From Candidatus Parcubacteria bacterium (lineage in GTDB: Bacteria > Patescibacteriota > Minisyncoccia > Phycocordibacterales > PALSA-1337): 64,000 bases of DNA. The DNA lies in NCBI GenBank assembly GCA_028286835.1, contig JAQBQT010000011.1, forward strand, positions 5,246 through 69,245. The letters run 5' to 3'. Position 1 is the stretch's first letter. Every line of letters begins with the position of its first letter. The notes beneath the pieces were generated by a model. The model did not search any database. It was not told the origin of the DNA and saw only the letters and a list, made by a program, of their open reading frames with translations. Position numbers and translations under genes: made by a program. Of this stretch, positions 1 to 9,173 are shown one piece after another.

Positions 1-1338
1 AAGATCATTGACCGCCTCGAATATGATGAGGAGCTTCCTGATATGCTCGTCCTTGAGAAGGTCGTCGTCTGATTCTATGCGGAACGGTATGCCTTCTTTG
101 GCTAGAGCTTCCGCAACGGGAAATGCATCTTTGTTGTCATGATAGAGAACGGCGATCTCTTCGGGGTCGGCGCCGGCCGCTATCCGGGCCCTGATGTCTT
201 CGGCCACGAATGCCCGTTCGCTATCGGCAGAGGCGAATTCGCGAACCTGGATGAGCTGCGAGCCTTTCGCTGCACCTGCGCGGAGCTTCGCCCGGGTTAT
301 GCCCTCGGGCAGAGCGTTGCGCGTAATGAGGCTATGTGAAGCGTCGAGGATGGCCTGGGTGGAGCGATAGTTGTCTTCGAGGTCTATGAGGACAGCATCG
401 GGATACAAAGTTTTGAAGTGAAGGAAGTTCTGCAATGAGGCTCCTTGAAATCGAAAAATTGCCTGCTTCTCGTCGCCGACGATGAATAGATTTGGCTGGT
501 CATGAAAATTCGACAGAAGCTCGAGCACTGCGTTCTGGGCATTATTAGCGTCCTGATGCTCGTCAGCAAGGATATATTGATACATCTCCTGGAGGATGAG
601 CAGAAGATCCTCATCGGTGCGCATCGCCTTCACGGCTTCGACGATCATATCCTCGAAGTCATAGAATGATTGCTCGGTGAGCGCGGCTTCGTAGGCGCGA
701 TAGAGCTGCAAGAGCTCGGTGTTCTTTTTGATGCGCTCCTGGACCTTTATGAAATCGCCCTTCATCTTGCCGGCGTGTGCCCCTTTGGCATGGACCTTGT
801 CAGGCTCGTCATCGAAGGCCTTCTGCTGCTGGGCGATGATCTTTTCGAAATCATCAGGGCTTATGGTTTCGCGCTTCATGCTCCGGATGGCATCGAGAGC
901 AGGCCGGACATAATAGAACCGATCGCCATATGGCCTGAGGAATTCGAGCTTGGAATCTTCGATGATCTTCTCCATGATGGCGACCCTGTCTATATCCGCG
1001 ATGGCCGTCGAACCTATGATGCGCGGAAATCGCTCCGGATACTGGGCGATTACGTCATTGCAAAAGCCATGGAACGTATGGATCGCGACTTTGTAGCCTG
1101 CGGTGCCGATGGTCTCCACCAGTTTGCGACGCATAGTGCGGGCGCCGGATTCCGTGAATGTGAGGGCCAGAATGTTCTCAGGCGCGGTATCTGTGCGCTT
1201 GAGGATATTGGCGATGCGCAGGGTGAGAATGGTCGTCTTGCCAGTTCCTGGACCGGCAATGACCATGACGGGGCCTTCGATGGTATCGACGGCCTTCTTC
1301 TGGGCTTTATTGAGTCTTTTATACTGCTCGTCGAACAT
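1..1338 (-). CDS. UvrD/PcrA-family ATP-dependent DNA helicase (5' part; runs off the window start)
   Basis: Manual translation from ATG at 1338: MFDEQYKRLNKAQKKAVDTIEGPVMVIAGPGTGKTTILTLRIANIL (Q motif and Walker A). The Walker B VDEHQD and GDEKQAIF motifs follow downstream. Not listed in the ORF track because it is truncated. Confidence 0.93.
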   Translation of the reverse strand, partial: MFDEQYKRLNKAQKKAVDTIEGPVMVIAGPGTGKTTILTLRIANILKRTDTAPENILALTFTESGARTMRRKLVETIGTAGYKVAIHTFHGFCNDVIAQYPERFPRIIGSTAIADIDRVAIMEKIIEDSKLEFLRPYGDRFYYVRPALDAIRSMKRETISPDDFEKIIAQQQKAFDDEPDKVHAKGAHAGKMKGDFIKVQERIKKNTELLQLYRAYEAALTEQSFYDFEDMIVEAVKAMRTDEDLLLILQEMYQYILADEHQDANNAQNAVLELLSNFHDQPNLFIVGDEKQAIFRFQGASLQNFLHFKTLYPDAVLIDLEDNYRSTQAILDASHSLITRNALPEGITRAKLRAGAAKGSQLIQVREFASADSERAFVAEDIRARIAAGADPEEIAVLYHDNKDAFPVAEALAKEGIPFRIESDDDLLKDEHIRKLLIIFEAVNDL

Positions 1339-1375
1339 GATGGCTTCATTATAGGATGCTATACTAGCTAACACC

Positions 1376-1954
1376 ATGCCTACGCAATCAAAAAAGAAAA
1401 ATATCGTCATCGCGCTCGTTGTCCTCTTTATCATTGCCGCAATCGGCGTTCTCTATACCCGTCATGCAGATGATGCTACTGCTTCCTGGAAGCCATACAC
1501 GAACGATGAGTTCGGCATAACAGTGAAGGCTCCTCCGGGATGGCATCTCATAGACAGTCTCAGCCCCATCACCCCCTGCTGCCTTTTCCTCCTGAATTAT
1601 GAGGAATCAGCCACGACCACCTATAAGAACCCGGGAAACATGAAGATCCAGATCGGCTACTACATCATTCCCGGATTCGATCCGTTCAAGCTCGGAAGCA
1701 CAACAAAGAAGACTCTTGGCAAGAATGTGGTCTACACCGGAACCGCAGCAAGCACGCCGTTCTATATCCTTCCCCGCACAGAGAAGGAAGGCTTCGGTCT
1801 TTCGGTTATCTCCCTTCCGGATAGCAGCGCAAAAGCCTCACAGATAGCTGAGAAGATCCTTGAAACAGCTGTGGTCAAGTCATTCGACTCCATGGTCGGC
1901 ACCACAACCGCAACATCGACAGCGACGACATCCGCAACAACGACAACCCGCTAG
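1376..1954 (+). CDS. Membrane-anchored hypothetical protein (PsbP-like WKxYTN..GITVKxP motif, Thr-rich tail)
   Basis: N-terminal TM helix, WKPYTNDEFGITVKAPPGW motif, low-complexity TTTATST C-terminus. Confidence 0.75.
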   Translation: MPTQSKKKNIVIALVVLFIIAAIGVLYTRHADDATASWKPYTNDEFGITVKAPPGWHLIDSLSPITPCCLFLLNYEESATTTYKNPGNMKIQIGYYIIPGFDPFKLGSTTKKTLGKNVVYTGTAASTPFYILPRTEKEGFGLSVISLPDSSAKASQIAEKILETAVVKSFDSMVGTTTATSTATTSATTTTR

Positions 1955-1976
1955 CATTCGCGATCAATATGGAGAT

Positions 1977-2003
1977 AAAAAAGCCGCTTGAAGCGGCTTT
2001 TTT
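1977..2003. terminator. Bidirectional intrinsic terminator
   Basis: AAAAAAGCCGCT-TGA-AGCGGCTTTTTT between convergent genes. Confidence 0.85.
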
Positions 2004-2005
2004 AA

Positions 2006-3232
2006 TTAATAGTTCTTGAGGCGATTCGCCTGATCATGCTGGCGGATCTTCTCATGGGCCTTTGCTTCGATCTGGCGGATGCGCTCGCGGGTGACGCCGA
2101 ATTCGCGGCCCACCTCTTCGAGGGTATGAGTGATGCCGTCATTCAGACCGTGGCGCATCTCGAGGATCTTACGCTCTTTTTCTGAAAGGTCGTTCAAAAT
2201 GACATTGACCTGATCGCGGAGGATGCGGCGGGATGCCTCGTCTGCTGGGGAAAGGATCTTGTCGTCCGGAATGAAATCCTGGAGCGTGGATTTGCTGTCG
2301 TCTGATGAATCATCGCCGACCGGGCTCTCGAGGGACACGACATCCTGCTCGATCTTCTCGATCTGGTAGATCTTGTCGACGTCCATACCCATTTCTGTGG
2401 CGATCTCATCTGGCAGCGGCTCACGACCGAGGTCCTGCATGAGGCGGCGGACGACCTGTTTGTATTTGGCGATGGTCTCGACCATATGGACCGGCACGCG
2501 GATGGTGCGTGACTGATCGGCGAGGGCGCGAGTGATAGCCTGGCGGATCCACCAAGTTGCGTATGTGGAAAACTTATAGCCCTTTGTCCAGTCGAACTTG
2601 TCGACGGCGCGGAAAAGGCCGAGATTGCCTTCCTGAATGAGGTCGAGAAGGGTCAAGTCCGGCGAGCGGCCCACGTACTTCTTGGCAATAGAAACGACGA
2701 GGCGGAGGTTGGCCTTTGCCAGAAGGTTCTTGGCTTCGAGATCGCCTGCCTGGATGCGCTTGGCGAGCTCCTTCTCCATGCTCGCGTTGATGAGCGGGTA
2801 CTGGCCGATCTCCTTCAGGTACATCTGAATGGAATCGTACGCGCTGTCGGAACCGCTTCGGGAATAGTGAGGAGCCTTCTTCTCCTTTTCCTTGAGGTCC
2901 TCCACCTCCAAAAGACCGCCGCCTTCGAGGACGTCGACGTTGGCAGAGGAGAGCTTGCTATAAAGATCGTCGAGGAATGTGATGTCATTCTCGATCTGCG
3001 GGAACTCTTTGAGGATCTCGTCGTAGGTGACGAAACCGCGGTTGCGCCCCTTCACAATGAGGGCCTGGGCCTTGGCCTCGAAGCTTTTGGCGGAATTCGC
3101 GCCCTTCGCGCCTCCTTTGGCCGAGGACCCGACGATGTTACGGGTGACAGAACGCTTCTTCGCGGCTGTGACACTGCGGGGCGACCGGCTGGAACGTCCG
3201 GCAGAACGGGCTGCTTTTTTTGGTTTGCTCAT
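2006..3232 (-). CDS. rpoD: Primary RNA polymerase sigma factor (sigma-70/SigA)
   Basis: Region 1.1 (GFVTYDEI), region 2 ([41 protein letters not shown]) and region 4 ([18 protein letters not shown]). Start placed at MSKPKK. Confidence 0.97.
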   Translation of the reverse strand: MSKPKKAARSAGRSSRSPRSVTAAKKRSVTRNIVGSSAKGGAKGANSAKSFEAKAQALIVKGRNRGFVTYDEILKEFPQIENDITFLDDLYSKLSSANVDVLEGGGLLEVEDLKEKEKKAPHYSRSGSDSAYDSIQMYLKEIGQYPLINASMEKELAKRIQAGDLEAKNLLAKANLRLVVSIAKKYVGRSPDLTLLDLIQEGNLGLFRAVDKFDWTKGYKFSTYATWWIRQAITRALADQSRTIRVPVHMVETIAKYKQVVRRLMQDLGREPLPDEIATEMGMDVDKIYQIEKIEQDVVSLESPVGDDSSDDSKSTLQDFIPDDKILSPADEASRRILRDQVNVILNDLSEKERKILEMRHGLNDGITHTLEEVGREFGVTRERIRQIEAKAHEKIRQHDQANRLKNY

Positions 3233-3320
3233 GGAGTAAGAGGTTAACGTACGGGCTATTGTACGCCAGAAATAGATTGGAGGCAAGTATTTCCCTGCAT
3301 ATAGCCTATTAGGGTAGACG

Positions 3321-5096
3321 TTACTTCCCCTTTCCTATTTCAGCTTTTCGCATCGACAGTTCCTGGCACTTCTTGGCCAATTCCGAAACAGTGGCGTTAT
3401 CTCCGGCGCGTTCGGCGGCGCGGAGCTTGGCCATGGTGTCCAGAAGCTCGGCATTGAGCATATCGCGCTCAAAGTTGACGATGAGATCATCCATATGGAG
3501 ATCCCAGCGCGAGATATCCTTTCCGAAAAGGGTGTCGACCTCGAAGAGCACGTCGCTCATGAGCGGCCTGATGCGTTCGACTCGCGCGGCGTACGTATCC
3601 CCGGCGATCTTCTCGATGCGGGTACGATAGCCTGGGGCGTTGGCGGATTGGGATTTCTCCATGAGCTCCAAGAGGCCGAACATGCGCCGTTCCACCAGAT
3701 CGATGCGTGTAGCAGCAGTCGATACCGAAGGAGCGGCAGCGGAAGCCTTTGGAGCCGGCTGTCGGATAGACGCTGAAGAAGCGCTCCCATCAGCCTTAAG
3801 CTTGGCTTCGGCGGCATGCACATCATCCCAGAGCGCCTGTTCGGGCAGATTGGCCTTGTCCGCTATGAGCCTTACCGCATATGCCTTGTCCGTGGCGCTT
3901 TCGAGATTGACCACGAATGGCAGGACGCGGTCACGAATGGCCTTTGGCACCTTGCGGGGATCCGCAGTTTCTCTCATGACATTGCCGAGCTCGAACTCCA
4001 CGACAGGCTTGGCAGCACGGAGGGCGTTCTTCCAGTCTTCAGGATTGCCGCGCACGAGATCCGCAGGATCCTTGCCTCCCTGTATGTCGCAGACTTTTAC
4101 GTCCATTCCTAGCGAGAGCGCGATGCCTGAAGCGCGCATGGCTGCCTTGCGGCCAGCCGAATCAGAATCGAATGCGATGATGACGTTGCTTGAGAGGCGC
4201 CGCAGAAGACCGAGATTGTTGACTACGCCTTCCCTGTTCGATTCAGCTTCGGCGAGAGCCGTGCCAGAAGCGGCGACTGCATTCTTGACCCCGGCCTGAT
4301 GGGACATGATGAGATCCATCTGCCCTTCGACTAGAATGGAATAGTCGAGCCTGCGTATGAAGCTCTTCGCTTTGTCGAGCCCATAGAGAACGGAAGATTT
4401 GTCGAACAAAGGCGTATCGGGGCTGTTAAGATACTTCGCCGACTTGCCGTCGTCCTTGAGGATGCGGCCAGAGAATGCGATCACGCGGCCGCTCGAATCG
4501 CTTATGGGAAACATGACACGGCCACGGAAGCGGTCATAGTATGTGCCCTTTTTATCTTCAGCTTCTTTGGCAAGACCGGCCTTGACGATGAGCTCTACAG
4601 GCCACTTCTTGGCCCGAAGAAAATCATGGAGATTGCGCCAGCCTTCGGGCGCCCAGCCGATCCTGAATTCCTGTCGGGTCTGATCAGTCGCCCCGCGGCT
4701 TTTGACATATTCTTTTGCGTCTGAGGACTTGATGAATTCTGCCTCGAAATACTTTGCGGCCTCTTCCATGATCTGGAACAGCCTGTCGCGTTCGCTGTCG
4801 GCCTTGCTGTCGAAGGTGAGAGTAACGCCCGCTCTGTCAGCGAGCACCTTAAGAGCGCCCTTGAAATCGAGCCCCTCGAACTGCTCTACGAAGGAGAAGA
4901 TGTCTCCCTTAGCGCTGCAGCCGAAACAATAGTAGCCACCACGGTCCGGAGATATGAAAAAGGAAGCTGTCTTCTCATGATGGAAGGGGCATTTGGCCTT
5001 GTACGATTTGCCGGATTTCTCAACCTTGATGTATGAGCCTATGACTTCTTCGATGGGCAAACGGGCCTTGATTTCCTCGACATTCGTGCGGTTCAT
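3321..5096 (-). CDS. dnaG: DNA primase
   Basis: CHC2 Zn finger (CPFHHEKT...YCFGC), [25 protein letters not shown] motifs VEGQMD and FDSDSAG. Confidence 0.97.
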   Translation of the reverse strand: MNRTNVEEIKARLPIEEVIGSYIKVEKSGKSYKAKCPFHHEKTASFFISPDRGGYYCFGCSAKGDIFSFVEQFEGLDFKGALKVLADRAGVTLTFDSKADSERDRLFQIMEEAAKYFEAEFIKSSDAKEYVKSRGATDQTRQEFRIGWAPEGWRNLHDFLRAKKWPVELIVKAGLAKEAEDKKGTYYDRFRGRVMFPISDSSGRVIAFSGRILKDDGKSAKYLNSPDTPLFDKSSVLYGLDKAKSFIRRLDYSILVEGQMDLIMSHQAGVKNAVAASGTALAEAESNREGVVNNLGLLRRLSSNVIIAFDSDSAGRKAAMRASGIALSLGMDVKVCDIQGGKDPADLVRGNPEDWKNALRAAKPVVEFELGNVMRETADPRKVPKAIRDRVLPFVVNLESATDKAYAVRLIADKANLPEQALWDDVHAAEAKLKADGSASSASIRQPAPKASAAAPSVSTAATRIDLVERRMFGLLELMEKSQSANAPGYRTRIEKIAGDTYAARVERIRPLMSDVLFEVDTLFGKDISRWDLHMDDLIVNFERDMLNAELLDTMAKLRAAERAGDNATVSELAKKCQELSMRKAEIGKGK

Positions 5097-5234
5097 GGGG
5101 GTAGTATAGCGGCTAGCGAGGACTTGTGGAAGCTTGCTTACACAAAGTCCGAGCGAAGACGATATATGAGCGCAGCGAGTATATACGAAAAATAAAAAAG
5201 GCGCCCAATTGAAACAAATGAGGAACTCGCCGGA

Positions 5235-5397
5235 AAAACAGAGCCCCTACCGCGGCAAGACGGTAGGGGTTGTAAGGATATGCAACGGCAAGAGCGATGG
5301 TTCCTGACTTGCCGTACTCGATTGCTGTTGCAGATGCCTTAGGAGTAGCTGTGACCCACTTCGCTGTCTTTGCCTTGCTATGGGCAACGACCACCGC
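5235..5397. ncRNA. Candidate structured non-coding RNA (unknown family)
   Basis: Several long complementary segments in the rpoC-dnaG intergenic region. Extended -10-like TGGTATGAT at ~5402-5410 (minus) and a GC hairpin plus T-run at 5235-5271. Confidence 0.45.
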
Positions 5398-5416
5398 GTA
5401 TATCATACCAGATACA

Positions 5417-5439
5417 CAAAAGCCCCCGAAGGGGCTTTG
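5417..5439 (-). terminator. Intrinsic terminator after rpoC
   Basis: CAAAGCCCC-TTCG-GGGGCTTTTG on the minus strand (UUCG tetraloop). Confidence 0.85.
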
Positions 5440-5460
5440 CGTGAATAAATAAATGTCTGA

Positions 5461-8400
5461 CTATTCCCCGTCCAATTCCGGGCTGTTGGCGTGGATGGCG
5501 TCGATCATGGCCTTCTTCGGAGAACCCGGGAAACCGGTTCCTGCCGGAACGAGACGGCCAATGATGACGTTCTCCATGAGGCCCACGAGGTCGTCTTCGG
5601 CGCCGCGGACTGCGTTGCCAATGAGGACGCGGGTCGTGTGCTGGAATGAGGCAGCTGAGAGGAATGACTTGCGGGACAATGAAGTCTCCGTGATGCCCAT
5701 CACGAGCCTTTCAGTCTTGGCCTGAGTCTGGCCGGCCTCCTTGGCGCGGTCGTTCTCTTCGCCGAGCTGGATGTCGTCGACGATCATGCCTTCGGTGAAC
5801 TGCGTCTCGCCTGCTTCGGAGATGCGGCGGCGGCTGAACATCTGCTTCACGATGAGCTCGATGTGCTTTCGCGACACCGTCTCGCCCTGGAGCTCGTAGA
5901 TCTTGCCGATCTCATTGATGACGTAATCCTTCGCGCGCTCCTCGCCTCCGTATTCGAAGACTTCGTCGATGTCAGCCGAGCCGTCCGTGAGGATCTGGCC
6001 CTTGGTGACCTTGTCGCCGACCTTCACGAGGGTCGTGCGGCGGTATGGGAAGACGTATTCGATCTCGGCCGCCTTCTTCGGAGCCTTCGCAGAGGCGGAT
6101 GCCTTGCTCTGGTCTTCGATCTCAGGGAGGACCTTGATCATCTTCTCTTTGCCCATATCCCTTACTTCCAGGATAACGCCGTCGACTGAGGCGACGACAG
6201 CCGGGATCTTCGGGCGGCGCTTCTCAAAGACTTCTTCGACGCGAGGGAGACCCTGCGTGATGTCGCCGCCTGCTGAGGCAGCTCCGCCGGCGTGGAATGT
6301 TCGCATCGTGAGCTGTGTGCCAGGCTCGCCGATAGCCTGAGCTGCAACGGTGCCTACGGCTTCGCCGAGGGCGACCAGTTCATTGCGGCCGAGGTCCATG
6401 CCGTAGCATTTGGCGCAGACGCCGCGGATGGTCTTGCATGAGAGCGGCGAACGGACCGCGACCTGATTGATGCCTGCATCCTCGATGACCTGAGCATCAG
6501 CCTTCGTGAGCATAGTGCCCTTCTTGAAGAGGACTTTGCCGTCTGCGTCCGTCACGTCTTCCGTGATCATGCGGCCGCGGATGTTCTTCGAGAGAGGGAT
6601 GTTCATGCCTGAGGCTGTCTGGCGGTGGATGACGATCGACTCCTTGGTTCCGCAGTCGACTTCCGAGACGACGACGTCCTGGGCGACGACGAAGAGCTTG
6701 CGCGTGAGGTAACCGGCCTTGGCTGTGTTGAGAGCCGTGTCAGTGAGACCCTTGCGCGAGCCGTGAGTGGTGATGAAATATTCGATCGGCGTAAGGCCTT
6801 CCTTGGCGCAGGACAGAATCGGGAATTCGATGGTCTCGCCGGAAACTGAGGCGATAAGGCCCTTCATGCCTGCCATGATCGTGATCTGAGAGAGCGATCC
6901 GCGGGCGCCGGATGTGACCATGTCGTAGACGGAACCCATCTTGTCGAGGGATGCCGGAATGGCCTTCTCCACTTCGCCCTTGGCCTTCTGCCAGATCTCG
7001 ACGTGCTTCCTGATGCGCTCTTCCTCGGTGAGGAGGCCTTCGCTGAAGTGCATGGTGACGATATCGACCTGCTTCTTTGCGCGGCCGATGATCTCCCCCT
7101 TCTCCTGTGGGATCTTGATGTCATCGATGCCCCACGTCGTGCCTGAATATGTGGCGTAGCCGAAGCCGAATGTCTTCACGCGGTCGAGGATGGGAGCGAT
7201 ATGATTCGGTCCGTAGAGCGTGATCATGTCATCGACGATGGCGCCGAGCTTCTTGCGGCCGACTTCCTCGTTGATGAATGTGTACTCTTCCGGAAGGACT
7301 GCGTTGAAGAGGATGCGTCCCACGGTCGTTTCGAAGATGCCTCCGTTGAAGCGTTCGTACTTCTTCGTGTTCGGGGCGAGCACCTTCACCTTGGCGCGGA
7401 GGTCGATGGCCTTGAATGAGTGAGCGAGAGCGGCAGCATCAGGAGATTCGAAGATCTTGCCTTCGCCGAGCGTCTTCTCTGCTATCTTCGTGACCCAGAA
7501 ACAGCCGAGCACGATGTCGAGCATCTTTGCCGTGACTGTCGGATCGTTGTTACCCGGCTTGAGGACGTTCTTGTCAGCAGCCATGATCTCCTTGGCTTCC
7601 TTCTGAGCTTCGTCGGAAAGCGGTACGTGAATGGCCATTTGGTCGCCGTCGAAGTCGGCGTTGAAAGCCGTACATACGAGCGGGTGAACCTGGATGGCAT
7701 TGCCTTCGATAAGGGTCGGGCGGAATGCCTGGATGCCGAGGCGGTGAAGGGTCGGGGCGCGGTTCAGGAGAACGTACTTGCCCTTGATGACCTCTTCGAG
7801 GATCTCCCAGACTTCCTTGGCGCCGTCGTCTATGAGGCGGTTCGCGCCGCGGATGTTATAGGCGAGCTCGCGCTTGAGGAGGCCGGAAATGATGAACGGG
7901 CGGAACAATTCGAGGGCCATGTGCTTCGGAAGGCCGCACTCGTCGAGCTTGAGCTCAGGACCGACGACGATCACTGAACGGCCGGAATAATCTACGCGCT
8001 TTCCGAGAAGGTTCTGGCGGAAGAGGCCGCGCTTCGACTTGAGCGAATCTGAAAGCGACTTGAGGGCGCGCTTCTCGCGGGCGAGAGCTGCGGCGCCTGC
8101 GGACGATGAATGGCGGATGGAGTTGTCGATGAGGGCGTCGACAGCTTCCTGGAGGATGCGCTTCTCGTTGCGGAGAATGACTTCAGGGGCGTGGATCTCC
8201 TTCAATTTCAAAAGGCGGTTGTTGCGGTTGATGACGCGGCGATAGAGGTCGTTCACATCGGACGTCGCGTAGCGACCACCGTCGAGGGCGACCATCGGGC
8301 GAAGCCCTGGCGGAATGACCGGAATGCGGACGAGGAACATCCATTCAGGACGGATCTTCGCCTTGATCATCTGCTTCACGAGCGAGAGGCGCTTTGCGAG

Positions 8401-9162
8401 CCTGTCGCTGTCGGCGGCTCCGGCCGTTTCGTATGCGGCTTCGAGCTCGGTCTGGAGCTTGGAAAGGTCGATCTTCTTCAAGAGATCATAGATGGCTTCT
8501 GCGCCGATCGATGCTTCGAAGAAACCGCCGTATTTGACTGCGAACTTATGATAGGTGACTTCGTCGAGGACGAGGCCTGCCTCGATGGACTCGATCTCCT
8601 TGCGGGCGCCGAGGAGGAGCTCCTTGAGAGCCTCCTTCGTCTTGTCGTCGTTGGCGGTCTTGACCTTGGTCTTATATTCAGCGTCGAGCTCCTTCAAGAA
8701 GCGGGCCTTCTCTGCCTCATCGACTTTGCCGATGATATAGCCTGCGAAGTACACGACCTTCTCGAGGTCTGCTGTCGTCATGCCGAGAATGAGTCCGATC
8801 CTGGACGGAACCGAGCGGAGGAACCAGATATGCGAGACCGGCGTGGCGAGCTCGATGTGGCCCATGCGGTCGCGTCGGACAATAGAGCGCGTTATCTCAA
8901 CGCCGCACTTCTCACAGACGATCCCCTTATAGCGGATGCCGCGATATTTTCCGCAGTAGCATTCGTAGTCGCGGTCTGGACCGAAGATGCGTTCGTCGAA
9001 GAGACCGCTCTTTTCCGAGCGCTGGGTGCGGTAGTTGATGGTCTCAGGCTTGGTGACTTCGCCGTATGACCACTCGAGGATCTTCTCAGGAGACGCGAGC
9101 TGGAGGCGCACTGCGTCGAACTGTACCGGATCCGCTGGCTTCTTTGTGATGGTTGGTTGCAT
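5461..9162 (-). CDS. rpoC: RNA polymerase beta' subunit
   Basis: KPETINYRT, N-terminal Zn cysteines, catalytic NADFDGD, GEPGTQLTMRTFH. Confidence 0.99.
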   Translation of the reverse strand: MQPTITKKPADPVQFDAVRLQLASPEKILEWSYGEVTKPETINYRTQRSEKSGLFDERIFGPDRDYECYCGKYRGIRYKGIVCEKCGVEITRSIVRRDRMGHIELATPVSHIWFLRSVPSRIGLILGMTTADLEKVVYFAGYIIGKVDEAEKARFLKELDAEYKTKVKTANDDKTKEALKELLLGARKEIESIEAGLVLDEVTYHKFAVKYGGFFEASIGAEAIYDLLKKIDLSKLQTELEAAYETAGAADSDRLAKRLSLVKQMIKAKIRPEWMFLVRIPVIPPGLRPMVALDGGRYATSDVNDLYRRVINRNNRLLKLKEIHAPEVILRNEKRILQEAVDALIDNSIRHSSSAGAAALAREKRALKSLSDSLKSKRGLFRQNLLGKRVDYSGRSVIVVGPELKLDECGLPKHMALELFRPFIISGLLKRELAYNIRGANRLIDDGAKEVWEILEEVIKGKYVLLNRAPTLHRLGIQAFRPTLIEGNAIQVHPLVCTAFNADFDGDQMAIHVPLSDEAQKEAKEIMAADKNVLKPGNNDPTVTAKMLDIVLGCFWVTKIAEKTLGEGKIFESPDAAALAHSFKAIDLRAKVKVLAPNTKKYERFNGGIFETTVGRILFNAVLPEEYTFINEEVGRKKLGAIVDDMITLYGPNHIAPILDRVKTFGFGYATYSGTTWGIDDIKIPQEKGEIIGRAKKQVDIVTMHFSEGLLTEEERIRKHVEIWQKAKGEVEKAIPASLDKMGSVYDMVTSGARGSLSQITIMAGMKGLIASVSGETIEFPILSCAKEGLTPIEYFITTHGSRKGLTDTALNTAKAGYLTRKLFVVAQDVVVSEVDCGTKESIVIHRQTASGMNIPLSKNIRGRMITEDVTDADGKVLFKKGTMLTKADAQVIEDAGINQVAVRSPLSCKTIRGVCAKCYGMDLGRNELVALGEAVGTVAAQAIGEPGTQLTMRTFHAGGAASAGGDITQGLPRVEEVFEKRRPKIPAVVASVDGVILEVRDMGKEKMIKVLPEIEDQSKASASAKAPKKAAEIEYVFPYRRTTLVKVGDKVTKGQILTDGSADIDEVFEYGGEERAKDYVINEIGKIYELQGETVSRKHIELIVKQMFSRRRISEAGETQFTEGMIVDDIQLGEENDRAKEAGQTQAKTERLVMGITETSLSRKSFLSAASFQHTTRVLIGNAVRGAEDDLVGLMENVIIGRLVPAGTGFPGSPKKAMIDAIHANSPELDGE

Positions 9163-9173
9163 GATAGTGATTG

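Noticed and set aside
670-1371. 233-aa + strand ORF and many other long antisense ORFs (e.g. 8110..9069, 19398..20636, 40592..41698, 47031..48089, 57049..57972)
   Set aside because: Shadow frames of well-supported genes on the opposite strand, expected with GC-rich codon bias; no recognisable motifs
5113-5406. 97-aa ORF, or a tmRNA tag-like reading (...TIALAVA)
   Set aside because: No stop after the Ala-rich stretch and no tRNA-like ends. The ATG lies inside the -10 element and the ORF runs through a terminator-like hairpin.
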